Shown: one piece after another, positions 10,033-19,231 of the stretch | Numbering within the stretch: position 1 is the first letter of the stretch | Layout: every line of letters starts with the position of its first letter | Origin: Candidatus Omnitrophota bacterium | Lineage (GTDB): Bacteria > Ratteibacteria > UBA8468 > MWAK01 | DNA length: 64,000 bases | NCBI GenBank assembly: GCA_043826355.1 | Contig: JBDRQI010000012.1 | Coordinates: 1-64,000 of the forward strand | Direction: 5' to 3' | The notes under the pieces: generated by a model | What the model saw: only the letters and a program-made list of their open reading frames with translations | The model's database searches: none | Told to the model about the DNA's origin: nothing | Translations under genes and position numbers: made by a program

Positions 10033-11937
10033 TTATAAAATATCGCTGGGCGTAGTGATGCGCCGGTAAGGAACGATAAAAGGCAGTTCGCTTCCCCCGG
10101 CATCGATAAATTTCAGGAGCCCGGTTTCAAACTCCGGAATATCATTAATCTTGCCGGCCAGGTATTGCTCCAGGCGCAGGCTGAGTTCCTGCAGGCGGAG
10201 AATCAGTCCGCCGTAACGGATTTCAATAATTTCCAAGCCGAAAGGCTTGTAAGTATCCAGCCACATCTGCCGGTGTACCAACCAGAGCTTTTTTGCCTCT
10301 TTTAAGAGCGGCCGAACTTCTTCTTTCAGCAACCGCCGGAGTTCTTTTTTATTGCGCTTTTTGTATGCGGAAACCAGGTTCTTCCGGCAATCGCATTTAA
10401 TTGTTAAGACAGTTGCCAACTGCGCTGGAAAGAGCAGCCGTTTCAGGGGATCTTCGGCGACCGCTTTCTTGATATCTCCAGCCAGTTTAGCATAATATTT
10501 ACGGAAAGACAATCCGTTCTGTTGGGGTTCGCACAGACCAATCAGCGGGTCGTCCCAGAGGAGCCACTTGGAAGGGTTAATGATTGTTCTCTCAAATTTT
10601 TTCTTATATTTCAGCAGGTCAATTTCACTGGCCAACTCATAGGCGGAAATGTCGGTCTGGCAGGAACCGCGGAAGTTATCGGCCAGGGCTCCTTGGCCAA
10701 CCTTGTCGGAAAAAGCCGATTCGGCAAAAAACTGGACTGCCGGCAGGATGGAAAAGATGTCGTTTTCCATTCCGTCGTCGCCCCAGGCGGTGATAAACGC
10801 CTGGCGGATTTTTTTATTCCGGCTGGCAGCCATACAGGGCTTGAGAACTGAATACGCAAACGGCAGGTTTGACCAGAAGCGGCCCCAATTCCAAGCGCCC
10901 GGGGCCACAACCGGTTCTTTGCCCATCTTCCGGTGCATATCAATGAACTTTGCGTAAAACTCATAATCAAGGTGGTAATAATCCCAGTAAACAAGTTCCA
11001 CGTTTTTCGGAATGTTGTCAACTACATCCTGCGGCATCGTTGTTTCCAAATCGTAATAGTCGTTTGTCTTCGAGCCGATGCGGAAATACATATCACTCCA
11101 CATCATCGGTTTTAAACCGAGCCGGTTGCAGATTGTACACACCTGGCCCAGGTGCTCGTTCATGATGTCAAAGGTCCGATGCGCGCCATGACGTTTTTGG
11201 TATTCTCCGGTTCCCAGACCGTGCGCCTCATCCATCCCAACGTGAATTCGTTTTGACCGGTAGGGTTTGCTGGCAGCGGAAATCATCTCCTCCAGAAGCC
11301 GGTAGGTCTTTTCCTCGCCGGCCAGAAGGATGTTGCGGGTGTCGGTTACGTCCCGGTAGGTTTCCGGCCACTGTAAGAGCTGTTCCAGGTGGCCCAGCGT
11401 CTGGATGCAGGGAAACATTTCGACGCCGAGGTTAAAGGCGTAGTCGTCCACTTCTTTCAGTTCCCAGTAGGTGTAGCGGCCGCGCAGGTATCCGAAGAAT
11501 GGCTGGCCCGGGACTTCGTAGGTATCTTCGGTGTAAAGCATCACGGTGTTGATTCCCATCAGGGCAAACCTTCGCAGGAGCGATTTGAGGGCGCCGGTTT
11601 TGATTACGCCGTTACGGGAGCAGTCAAGCATAACACCCAGCATCTCAAAACTTGAAGATTCGGTCGTATCTCTTTTAGGCCGGCCGAAGTTTTTCCGGCC
11701 CAGAATCCGGCCTAAGGCCCGGAATGCGTCTGCTTTACAAAGATAGCGAACGGACACCGTTTTTTTTGTTTCAGAAATCGCTATTTCCCGGGCATTTTCC
11801 GAGCCGGAAATCGGTTGAAAGGCAATCTCCCGGTCGCCCGGATTTTTCCGGAAATTTATCGGATATTCATCTTTCAATTGTTTAATGCCCGGCAACAATT
11901 CTTCCGGTGTTTTCTGTAAGTCAATGAAGCATGCCAT
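10033..11937 (-). CDS. GH20 beta-N-acetylhexosaminidase (GcnA/HEXDC-like)
   Basis: GVMLDCSRNGV, LYTEDTYE, PCIQTLGH, IHVGMDEA catalytic pair, MMWSDM, VYWDYY, TAWGDDG. Confidence 0.9.
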   Translation of the reverse strand: MACFIDLQKTPEELLPGIKQLKDEYPINFRKNPGDREIAFQPISGSENAREIAISETKKTVSVRYLCKADAFRALGRILGRKNFGRPKRDTTESSSFEMLGVMLDCSRNGVIKTGALKSLLRRFALMGINTVMLYTEDTYEVPGQPFFGYLRGRYTYWELKEVDDYAFNLGVEMFPCIQTLGHLEQLLQWPETYRDVTDTRNILLAGEEKTYRLLEEMISAASKPYRSKRIHVGMDEAHGLGTGEYQKRHGAHRTFDIMNEHLGQVCTICNRLGLKPMMWSDMYFRIGSKTNDYYDLETTMPQDVVDNIPKNVELVYWDYYHLDYEFYAKFIDMHRKMGKEPVVAPGAWNWGRFWSNLPFAYSVLKPCMAASRNKKIRQAFITAWGDDGMENDIFSILPAVQFFAESAFSDKVGQGALADNFRGSCQTDISAYELASEIDLLKYKKKFERTIINPSKWLLWDDPLIGLCEPQQNGLSFRKYYAKLAGDIKKAVAEDPLKRLLFPAQLATVLTIKCDCRKNLVSAYKKRNKKELRRLLKEEVRPLLKEAKKLWLVHRQMWLDTYKPFGLEIIEIRYGGLILRLQELSLRLEQYLAGKINDIPEFETGLLKFIDAGGSELPFIVPYRRITTPSDIL

Positions 11938-11947
11938 TTTTCCCCTT

Positions 11948-12559
11948 TTATTTTTCGCCGATAAAAACCCGCCGACCGGAGATTTTCAATCTTTTTTCCG
12001 CGAAAAGTTTAATTGCCAGCGGATAAATAATGTGTTCCTGCTGGTGAATCCGGCTTAAGAGCGTTTCCGGTGTGTCCTCCGGCAGGACTGGCACCACCGC
12101 CTGCAGGATAACCGGACCGGAATCCACGCCTTTTTCCACCAGGTGGACTGTGCATCCGGTGAACCGCACGCCGTAATCAAACGCCTGCTTCCAGGCTTCT
12201 AAGCCGGGAAAAGAAGGCAGGAGCGAGGGGTGGATGTTCAAGACCCGGCCTGGAAATGCGGCGAGTATTTTGTCCTTAATAACCCGCATGAACCCGGCCA
12301 GACAGACCAGTTCTACGCCGGCTTCTTTCAGGGCGGTTATGTATTTTTCCTCTGCCTCCGGAGAGAGGACGGTGCGTTTCGGTCCCGGTGGAATATACTG
12401 CGACCTGACGCCGGATTTTTCCGCGCGTTTCAATCCGAAAGCATCCGGGTTGTCGGAGAGGACCAGGCCGATTTCCACCGGCAGGGAGCCGTTTTTAACC
12501 GCATCTATAATCGCCTGCAGGTTTGACCCGCTTCCGGAAAGCAACACCCCGATCTTCAT
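11948..12559 (-). CDS. purN: Phosphoribosylglycinamide formyltransferase
   Basis: LSGSGSNLQAI, LAGFMRVI, NIHPSLLPSFPG, GCTVH.V...VDSGP. Confidence 0.97.
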   Translation of the reverse strand: MKIGVLLSGSGSNLQAIIDAVKNGSLPVEIGLVLSDNPDAFGLKRAEKSGVRSQYIPPGPKRTVLSPEAEEKYITALKEAGVELVCLAGFMRVIKDKILAAFPGRVLNIHPSLLPSFPGLEAWKQAFDYGVRFTGCTVHLVEKGVDSGPVILQAVVPVLPEDTPETLLSRIHQQEHIIYPLAIKLFAEKRLKISGRRVFIGEK

Positions 12560-12571
12560 GTTATGCTTATT

Positions 12572-12643
12572 TGTTATTCTGAGGCGTTAGCCGAAGAATC
12601 CCGTTTTTGAACTGCGAGATTCTTCGTTTCACTCAGAATGACA
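12572..12643. repeat. TGTC-tagged palindromic doublet (family B)
   Basis: tgttattctgag...cgaagaatc-ccgttttt...gagattcttcg...ctcagaatgaca; homologous to 17633-17701 and 25403-25477. Confidence 0.9.
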
Positions 12644-12648
12644 TCTTT

Positions 12649-12987
12649 CTATATTTTTTTAATCTGGGTTAAAATCCGGTCCAGCCGTTTCAGGCCAGCC
12701 AAAAGTTCTTTAACCGGAACAGATGTTCCGTTCTTATCTTTTTTTGATTCTTTCCGGCGCAAAACCTTTTTGACTGCAGCAATACGGTAGCCGTGTTGAT
12801 AAAGAAGGTCCTTCAGCCGGATGATATTTTCCAGTTCTTTTTCGGTATAAAGGCGCTGGCCGCGGCTGTTGCGAACCGGCTTCAGGAAGAAGGAAAATTC
12901 ATTCTCCCAGTACCGGATGGTGTGGCTGGCGATGCCGGTTTTTCGGCTTATTTCACCAATTCGATAGTATACCTTGTTTTCAGACAT
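12649..12987 (-). CDS. MerR-family HTH transcriptional regulator
   Basis: YYRIGEIS..TGI..HTIRYWENEF...LKP.RN..GQRLY. Confidence 0.9.
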   Translation of the reverse strand: MSENKVYYRIGEISRKTGIASHTIRYWENEFSFFLKPVRNSRGQRLYTEKELENIIRLKDLLYQHGYRIAAVKKVLRRKESKKDKNGTSVPVKELLAGLKRLDRILTQIKKI

Positions 12988-12995
12988 AATTGCAT

Positions 12996-13030
12996 CCCCT
13001 TCCCTTCACCCCTCCCGCCAGGGGAGGGGA
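12996..13030. repeat. CCCTCACC/GGGAGGGG-type palindromic repeat (family C), intergenic
   Basis: ccccttcccttcacccctcccgccaggggagggga; hairpin cccctc..gagggg preceded by a C-rich leader. Confidence 0.8.
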
Positions 13031-13038
13031 AATAAAGG

Positions 13039-14022
13039 TTATTCGTCTTTCGGCGGTCTGGTCATCAATTCCCGGACCGCCTCCGCCGGGTTTTTACCGT
13101 TGAAGAGCACCTCGGCAATCTGGGCGGATATGGGCATCTCTACGCCGGTCTTTTCCGCCAGCATCAGAGAAGGCCGGACGGTGTAATAACCCTCTACCAC
13201 CGATTCCTGCCCGGCGATAATCGCTTTCGGGTCTTCGCCCCGGCCGATCGCCAGGCCGAAGCAATGGTTCCGGGAAACCGGGCTGCTCGCGGTCGTAATC
13301 AAGTCGCCCAGGCCGGAGAGGCCGAAAAGGGTTCTTTCCCGGCCGCCAAGCGCTCTTCCCAACCGAGCCATTTCAGCCAGGCCCCGGCAGAGCAGCGCCG
13401 CTTTGGTATTTTCGCCCAGACCCAGACCCTCTACAATCCCGGCCGCGATCGCCATCGGATTCTTGAGCGCGCCGCCCAACTCTACGCCGATCGGGTCAAG
13501 GCTGGTATAGATTCGGAACTTTTCGGAGTTGAGAACATTTTGGCAAAGGGTGGCAAGATCTTCATTCTCTGCGGCGCAGACCGCGCCAGCCGGCAAACCA
13601 GCGGCCAGTTCCCGGGCGATGGTTGGTCCGGAGAGCACCGTAAAATCAACTTGGCCCATCTCGGAGCGCAGGACTTCGCTCATCCGAAAACCGGTCTTAT
13701 CCTCCAGGCCTTTGGTGGCGATGAGAAAATGGCCCTTCGCTTTTATTTTAGAAAGGTTTGACGCTGTTTCCCGGAAAGCGAACGACGGCGGGGCCAGGAT
13801 GAAAAATCCGGCCTCTTTTACGTCTTCCAGCGAAACGGTAATCTTTATTTCATCCGGCAGGAGTATTCCCGGCAGAAACTTGGGATTTTCTCTTTTTTCC
13901 GTCAATACCATTCCGTAATCCGGGAACTTTTCGTAGAGAACGACCCGTCTGCCTTTTCGGGCCAGGAGCAAGGCAATGGTTGTTCCCCAGGCGCCGGCGC
14001 CGATTACTGCTGTCATTTCCAT
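13039..14022 (-). CDS. gpsA: NAD(P)H-dependent glycerol-3-phosphate dehydrogenase
   Basis: VIGAGAWGT, ATKGLE, LSGPTIA.E, GVELGGALKN, GLSGLGDL..T..S..SRN. Confidence 0.96.
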   Translation of the reverse strand: MEMTAVIGAGAWGTTIALLLARKGRRVVLYEKFPDYGMVLTEKRENPKFLPGILLPDEIKITVSLEDVKEAGFFILAPPSFAFRETASNLSKIKAKGHFLIATKGLEDKTGFRMSEVLRSEMGQVDFTVLSGPTIARELAAGLPAGAVCAAENEDLATLCQNVLNSEKFRIYTSLDPIGVELGGALKNPMAIAAGIVEGLGLGENTKAALLCRGLAEMARLGRALGGRERTLFGLSGLGDLITTASSPVSRNHCFGLAIGRGEDPKAIIAGQESVVEGYYTVRPSLMLAEKTGVEMPISAQIAEVLFNGKNPAEAVRELMTRPPKDE

Positions 14023-14642
14023 ATTGATATTATCTTAAATTTTGAATGAAAATTAACTTTGGGTTCCTGCCCGGAGAGGAGCCGTTTGATATTTTTCCGG
14101 TGCGCCAGAAAGACCAGAACCGCAATCAGGACGCCGAAAGATAGAAAGGCGGGCTGACGGTTGGCCAAGTACCAGAGTAAGGGAGGTAGAGATAAGGATG
14201 CGGCCAGAGAAGAAAAAGAAACGATGCGGCTTGCCGCGAAAATTGCCAGCCAGACCAAAAGAACAAAAAGGGCAGTCAGGGGAGAGAGGCCAATCAAAAC
14301 ACCGAAACTGGTTGCCACTCCTTTGCCGCCTTTAAACTTTAAGAATATCGAAAAAGTGTGGCCGATAATTGCGGCCAGACCGATGGTAATTATCCACCAC
14401 CCGGACGGCGAAAGGCAGGCCTGGCGGGCCAGGATTGTGGGTAGTAGTCCTTTAACGGCATCCAGCAGGAGGGTGGCGGCGGCCGGGCCTTTACCTATTA
14501 TGCGCAGGATATTGGCCGCGCCGATATTGCCGCTGCCCTTTGTGCGGATATCAATACCGCGGGACCGTCCGATTAAATAACCGAAGGGGATCGACCCTAA
14601 AAGGTAACCGCCAACCAGTAGATATAAACCGACCAGGTTCAA
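14013..14642 (-). CDS. plsY: Glycerol-3-phosphate acyltransferase
   Basis: YLLGSIPFG, DIR..GSGNIGA.N..R, GH.FS.FL.FKGGKGVAT, H..NI.RL..G.E; TTG start. Confidence 0.95.
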   Translation of the reverse strand: MNLVGLYLLVGGYLLGSIPFGYLIGRSRGIDIRTKGSGNIGAANILRIIGKGPAAATLLLDAVKGLLPTILARQACLSPSGWWIITIGLAAIIGHTFSIFLKFKGGKGVATSFGVLIGLSPLTALFVLLVWLAIFAASRIVSFSSLAASLSLPPLLWYLANRQPAFLSFGVLIAVLVFLAHRKNIKRLLSGQEPKVNFHSKFKIISIWK

Positions 14643-14654
14643 ATTTGAAAAGGA

Positions 14655-15290
14655 TTATGCTACGCCGATCAGTTGTTTGGCTTTAATTGCCGCGGTAGCC
14701 GCATCTTCACCGTAGGCATCAGCGCCAATTTCGTCTGCGTAGGCCTGGGTGATCGGAGCGCCGCCAATCATCACCTTTACGTTATCGCGCACGCCGGCTG
14801 CTTTCAGGGCTTCAATCACGCCCTTCATTCCGGTCATGGTGGTGGTCAACAAGGCGGAGAGTCCGATGACTTGAACGCCTTCTTTGACTGCGGCCACGAA
14901 CTTTTCTTCCGGAACGTCGATTCCCAGGTCCATTACCTCAAAACCGCCGCCTTTCAGCATCATTACGACCAGGTTCTTGCCGATGTCGTGAAGGTCGCCT
15001 TTAACCGTGCCGACTGCAACCTTGCCCAACGGCTTGATTCCGGCCTTGGTTAAAAGGGGTTGAAGAATGTCCATGCCGGCATGCATCGCCCGGGCGGCAA
15101 TTAATACTTCCGGAACGTAGAATTCATTGGCGCGGAATTTGACTCCCACCACGTTCATTCCGGCGATGAGACCTTTATTGAGAATATCTTCTACCGGTAC
15201 GCCTTCGCTTACCGCGGCGCCGACCAGATTCTTTACGTCTGCCATTTTTCCACCAATTACGCTGTCTGCAAGCTTTTGTAAATCCGCCAT
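14655..15290 (-). CDS. Corrinoid (B12-binding) methyl-carrier protein, MtaC/MtbC-like
   Basis: GL..GM..VG..F...E.YVPEVL, GTVKGDLHDIGKNLV, DLGIDV, GLSALLTTT, MIGGAP. Confidence 0.93.
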   Translation of the reverse strand: MADLQKLADSVIGGKMADVKNLVGAAVSEGVPVEDILNKGLIAGMNVVGVKFRANEFYVPEVLIAARAMHAGMDILQPLLTKAGIKPLGKVAVGTVKGDLHDIGKNLVVMMLKGGGFEVMDLGIDVPEEKFVAAVKEGVQVIGLSALLTTTMTGMKGVIEALKAAGVRDNVKVMIGGAPITQAYADEIGADAYGEDAATAAIKAKQLIGVA

Positions 15291-15364
15291 TTCTCTTTCC
15301 TCCGTTTTGTTGCCACAGAAAACAACCGAAACAAAAAATTTGTGAACAAAAGGTACAAAATAAT

Positions 15365-15393
15365 ATTTTAGACTACCTGAAAGTTGCTGTCAA
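15365..15393 (-). promoter_or_regulatory. Sigma70-type promoter upstream of the corrinoid protein gene
   Basis: TTGACA (15393-15388) - 17 nt - TAAAAT (15370-15365). Confidence 0.8.
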
Positions 15394-15420
15394 ATGACCG
15401 TAACTTCTTTTCGTTTTCGT

Positions 15421-15452
15421 TGGAAACGTTTTGCTCGAATGAAATGTTTTCA
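15421..15452. promoter_or_regulatory. Two LacI-family-like operator sites upstream of the -35 box
   Basis: TGGAAACGTTTTGC (15421-15434) and TGAAATGTTTTCA (15440-15452), AAACGTTT-centred imperfect palindromes. Confidence 0.35.
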
Positions 15453-15487
15453 CTTTCGGACGGGCAGACCGGGCCACGGGGTGTGCG

Positions 15488-16585
15488 TTAGTTGCCGGGT
15501 TTCGTGGACATAACAACTTCCCGGAGGCGTTCCATAAAATAGCGATAATTGGCAAAACTGACGTCGGAAAGAACAAAGTGGTCCGGACCGGGGATGTACC
15601 TTCCTTTTTCTATTAATCGGTGCGCTTTTTCCAACTCTAAATCAATCGCTTTCTTGCCCTGCGCCATTACGTTCTTGTTAAGTCCGCCGATGACACCCAG
15701 GTCCGGGAAACTGTCCAGAACTTTCGCAACGTCGTTGCCTGCCTGCGCCTCGTAAGGGTACATTGTATTTACCCCGCTTTCCACCATGAGTTTCGTTAAA
15801 CCCTCTATCTGACCGTCCGAATCAACCAGAATAATCTTGATGCCGTGTTTTTTTGCGAAATCGGCAATCTTCAGATAATGGGGTTTCAGAAATTCCCTGA
15901 AGGTGGCGGGCGAAATGAGGGAACCGTTCTTGGACGCCATATCTTCCCAGCATTCAATCAGGTCAAAATCCACCTCGCGCGCCATCTTTTCCCAAAGGGC
16001 AATGGCCATTTCCGTATATGTAGTCATGATATCAAGGACGAGGTCCGGGGTGTCGTAGAAGGCAAGGGCGAGAGCCTGGTCCCCCATAATGTTTCGGGCA
16101 AATCCGTAAACACCCCCGTGCGTCAACTGAAGAGGGTAATCCCTGGTTTGGTATTGCGCGGCAAGCTCTTTCCAGTTTTTCGGGAAACGTTCCGGGTCTT
16201 CCGGCTGCAGGTGCCGCTCTTTGAAACGTCCCCAGTCGTTTCCGGTCTTTACGGGCCAAGCAATGTAACTGCTGAAATGAAAATCAGCGTCTTTTTGCCT
16301 GATGACGGTTCTTCCTATGCCGTCTTTTAGCACAACGCGTGTTTCGTTTTCTTCCATGATTTTTTCTTCGTCAAGCCGGGAGCAGCTTGTGTTTACCGGC
16401 GTAATCTGCCAGCCGCGGTACTGTCCCTCAAATTGCAAGAGGTCATCAATGCAATTGGAAATCCCGGGATACTCTTTTTCCCAGACCGGTAGAATGGCAT
16501 TTTTTCCACCGAATATTTTCATAAAAGGTACCCGGTCAACCTTCTGTCCCGTTAGCACCTTGACAAAACGTTCCCGCGTGGTCAT
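15488..16585 (-). CDS. Uroporphyrinogen-decarboxylase-fold protein (MtaA/CmuA-like methyltransferase family)
   Basis: MTTRERF...L.G..VDRVP, EDMA.K.G.LISP..FREFL.P.Y, VDSDG, GGL.K, YIP.PDH; adjacent to a corrinoid protein. Confidence 0.85.
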   Translation of the reverse strand: MTTRERFVKVLTGQKVDRVPFMKIFGGKNAILPVWEKEYPGISNCIDDLLQFEGQYRGWQITPVNTSCSRLDEEKIMEENETRVVLKDGIGRTVIRQKDADFHFSSYIAWPVKTGNDWGRFKERHLQPEDPERFPKNWKELAAQYQTRDYPLQLTHGGVYGFARNIMGDQALALAFYDTPDLVLDIMTTYTEMAIALWEKMAREVDFDLIECWEDMASKNGSLISPATFREFLKPHYLKIADFAKKHGIKIILVDSDGQIEGLTKLMVESGVNTMYPYEAQAGNDVAKVLDSFPDLGVIGGLNKNVMAQGKKAIDLELEKAHRLIEKGRYIPGPDHFVLSDVSFANYRYFMERLREVVMSTKPGN

Positions 16586-16673
16586 CGAAAACTCCCCGTT
16601 TTATTTTTGCCGGCTGGGTTTTTCCTTTGCTCCGCTGTTTTTAGATGGAGAATATGGGATTAGTCTTCCTTTT

Positions 16674-17624
16674 TTAATTCTTCTCCAAAGGCCTAACACC
16701 GCATAACCCGATGAGGCGATAAACCAACCGGCTGGCAAAATAGGAAGAGGGAGTGTGGTGCAGGCTGCCGTTAAGTTCCACGACGTCAAAGCCGACCACC
16801 CGGTGTTTCTGCGCCAACCGGCGGAGAAAACGGTTTGTTTCGGACCATCCTAAACCGCCTGGCTCCGGTGTTCCCACCGCCGGGACTTCAGCCGGGTCAA
16901 AAAAGTCCAGGTCTATGGAAAGATAAACAGATTCCGTCAGGTTGGATGATATCAGGGAAAGCCAATCTTTTTTTTCCTTCAGTTTTTCCGCCCGGATGAC
17001 TTTCAGTTTTGCCCCCCCACCTACATTCAACCCCTTTCCAGAACTTTGGAAAGGGCACCCGTCCCCTCGGGGGGGGAGGGAAAGAGGGGGTGAAGGAAGC
17101 GGCAGGTCTTCGGCGGGGATACAGCGGACGCCCATAACGGTAATCGGAATCCCCATTTCCATTATCCGGCGGCTGACGCAGGCATGGTTATATCTGGTTC
17201 CCTGGTATGTTTTCCTTAGGTCTGCGTGGGCATCCAGGGTCAGGACCGAGAGCTTCGGATATATTTTGTGAAATGCCTTTGCTGCGCCTGCGGTTATTGA
17301 ATGCTCCCCACCCAGAATAACCGGGAAAACCCGGTTTTGCAGAATTTTGGTGACGTACTTTTCCACTTCGTTTACCACGGCTTCCGGCCGGGAAAGGTCT
17401 GGCCAGAGTTCCGGCAGGGTGGCAATTCCCAGGTCAGAAGGTTCAAAACCCAGGGATTCGTCGTACATTTCCAGAAACCGGCTGGCCAGGATTATCTCCT
17501 GGGGGCCGAAACGGGTTCCGGCCTGATAAGAGGTGGTGCCGTCGTAAGCAACCGGCAGGATTGCCACCCGCGCCTTTTCCAGAGGCCGGGGTGGAAGCCC
17601 GGCAAAGGTGTAAGGAATTTCCAT
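16674..17624 (-). CDS. speB: Agmatinase (ureohydrolase) carrying an in-frame repeat-derived insertion
   Basis: GTRFGP, GGEHSIT, DAHADLR, SIDLD.FDP..VPAVGTPEPGG, GFDVVE; adjacent to arginine decarboxylase. Confidence 0.93.
   Translation of the reverse strand: MEIPYTFAGLPPRPLEKARVAILPVAYDGTTSYQAGTRFGPQEIILASRFLEMYDESLGFEPSDLGIATLPELWPDLSRPEAVVNEVEKYVTKILQNRVFPVILGGEHSITAGAAKAFHKIYPKLSVLTLDAHADLRKTYQGTRYNHACVSRRIMEMGIPITVMGVRCIPAEDLPLPSPPLSLPPRGDGCPFQSSGKGLNVGGGAKLKVIRAEKLKEKKDWLSLISSNLTESVYLSIDLDFFDPAEVPAVGTPEPGGLGWSETNRFLRRLAQKHRVVGFDVVELNGSLHHTPSSYFASRLVYRLIGLCGVRPLEKN
17012..17096. repeat. Family C element with nested CCCTTTCCA/TGGAAAGGG hairpin, in frame inside speB
   Basis: Core 17031-17066 is the reverse complement of 20547-20582 at 34/36 nt; encodes about PSPPLSLPPRGDGCPFQSSGKGLNVGGG. 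Confidence 0.92.
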
Positions 17625-17632
17625 AAATTGTT

Positions 17633-17701
17633 TGTCATTCTGAGAGATAGCGAAGAATCCCGTTTTTAACTACGAGACCCTTCACCTTGTTCAGGATGAC
17701 A
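17633..17701. repeat. TGTC-tagged palindromic doublet (family B)
   Basis: tgtcattctgag.....cgaagaatc-ccgttttt...gagacccttc...tcaggatgaca. Confidence 0.9.
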
Positions 17702-17703
17702 GG

Positions 17704-18255
17704 TTATAATATTAATACTGCGGCCGAGACAACGGTGGTCCACCGTCCGTCCTTATCGCCGATAGCCGATTGGGTGGTGTTGGTTGTCTTGACTATCTGG
17801 TCGCTCAGTCGCCAGATTTGTTTCTTTTCGTCGTAACTGCTGTCCGGGTCAAACTTGACGCCTAAGGTAGTTGCCAGCATCTGGGCAGCCAGGTCTTCGG
17901 CATAATCCCCGGCTTTTTCGTCGGTCAGGCCGAAGCCGGAGAATTCAGACAGATAGCCGTGGCTGTGCGGGTTCTTGGGAAGAGCAACTCCGATGGAAGA
18001 GGTGATGAGCCGGTGCGGTTCGTCGGTAAAGTTCTTGCTCATTACGCAGAAAAGAATCTGGCCCGGGTCCAGCAGTTTCAGGCCGGATTCCCGGCTGATT
18101 AACCTGGCGCCCGGCGGGAAGATGCTGGTGATGGGGACCAGGTTAAAAGGTGCTATTCCGGCATTCCGGAGTGCCCGTTCCAAGCTGGTCAGTTTTTCCC
18201 GGTCCCGGCCAACCCCTTTAGTCAGAAAAATCTTTTTTGCGGTTAAATTAACCAT
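17704..18255 (-). CDS. pdaD: Pyruvoyl-dependent arginine decarboxylase
   Basis: FLTKGVG, ERALRNAGIAPFNLVPIT-SIFPP (self-cleavage Ser), GYLSE, GDYAEDLAA.MLATT. Confidence 0.9.
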   Translation of the reverse strand: MVNLTAKKIFLTKGVGRDREKLTSLERALRNAGIAPFNLVPITSIFPPGARLISRESGLKLLDPGQILFCVMSKNFTDEPHRLITSSIGVALPKNPHSHGYLSEFSGFGLTDEKAGDYAEDLAAQMLATTLGVKFDPDSSYDEKKQIWRLSDQIVKTTNTTQSAIGDKDGRWTTVVSAAVLIL

Positions 18256-18267
18256 CTCTTTTGCCCC

Positions 18268-19230
18268 CTATTCTTTCTTCGCAACACCTGTTATTAGAGA
18301 ATCAATCTGTAACGCTACCTTCAAGGCAGCCAAACCATCGTTTCCGGTAACTGTTGGTTCTCCCCCTCCCGTTACTACTTTCAGGAAAGAGTCTATTTCC
18401 AGAATCAGGGTTTCCGCTTTTTCCACCGCTATTGGTTCCCTGGTAATCAGGTCAGCCAGACCCGGCCTTGCTTTTGTTTGCCAGGATTCGTCCGGGTTCT
18501 TGCGGTAACAGACAAGTTCCTGATGTTCGCAATCCAGAGACCAGTATTTGTCGCTTTCAAATACCCGGATTTTACGCATGCTCTGGTCGCTGATGCGGCT
18601 AGCCGTAAGGTTGGCCACCACACCGTTGGTGAATATCAGGCGGCTGGTGGCGATGTCGGCGCTCTTGGTGAAAGCGGAAAGTCCCAGAGCGCTTACCTCT
18701 TTTATCTCAGAATTAACCAGGTCCAGAACCAGGTCAATATCGTGAATCATCAGGTCTGACACTACGCTTACTTCGATACCCCGTCCCTTGAAAGGACCCA
18801 TCCGGTGGATTTCCAGATATTTTGGCGTCGTCAGTTCTTTTGTTAATCGCTGCACCGCCGGGTTAAAGCGTTCTACGTGGCCAATCTGAAGCGGCACGTT
18901 CTTCTGGCGTGAAATTCGGACCAGTTCCTCACCTTCTTCCACAGTGCTGGCGATCGGTTTTTCCAGGAGGATTGGTTTTCCGGCAGCGAGAAATTCCGAT
19001 GCAATCCGGTGGTGCAGGTTTGTAGGAACCGCGATGCTTGCCGCGTCTACCTCCGGAATGGTTTTTTGGTAATCGGCAAACCACGCTGCCCCGTATTCTT
19101 TCGCCAGCCGTCTGCCCCGGGTCTCGTCCGGGTCGCAGATTGCCGTAAGTTTTACGCCGGGTTTGCGGGAATAAACCCTGATGTGGTTTTCCCCCATGTG
19201 GCCGGCGCCGACCACTGCTATTCTTATCAT
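18268..19230 (-). CDS. Gfo/Idh/MocA oxidoreductase (GnnA-like, possible UDP-GlcNAc 3-dehydrogenase)
   Basis: VVGAGHMG..H, EKPIA, GHVERFNPA, DLMIHDID. Confidence 0.88.
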   Translation of the reverse strand: MIRIAVVGAGHMGENHIRVYSRKPGVKLTAICDPDETRGRRLAKEYGAAWFADYQKTIPEVDAASIAVPTNLHHRIASEFLAAGKPILLEKPIASTVEEGEELVRISRQKNVPLQIGHVERFNPAVQRLTKELTTPKYLEIHRMGPFKGRGIEVSVVSDLMIHDIDLVLDLVNSEIKEVSALGLSAFTKSADIATSRLIFTNGVVANLTASRISDQSMRKIRVFESDKYWSLDCEHQELVCYRKNPDESWQTKARPGLADLITREPIAVEKAETLILEIDSFLKVVTGGGEPTVTGNDGLAALKVALQIDSLITGVAKKE

Positions 19231-19231
19231 T

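Noticed and set aside
14400..14432. Possible repeat-derived loop RQACLSPSG in plsY
   Set aside because: No clear hairpin or match to the three repeat families; the loop length is plausible for PlsY.
15340..15358. Rex operator downstream of the corrinoid-gene promoter
   Set aside because: The TTGTGAA half-site is present, but the partner half is poor (GGTACAA) and the site is 19 bp rather than 18 bp.
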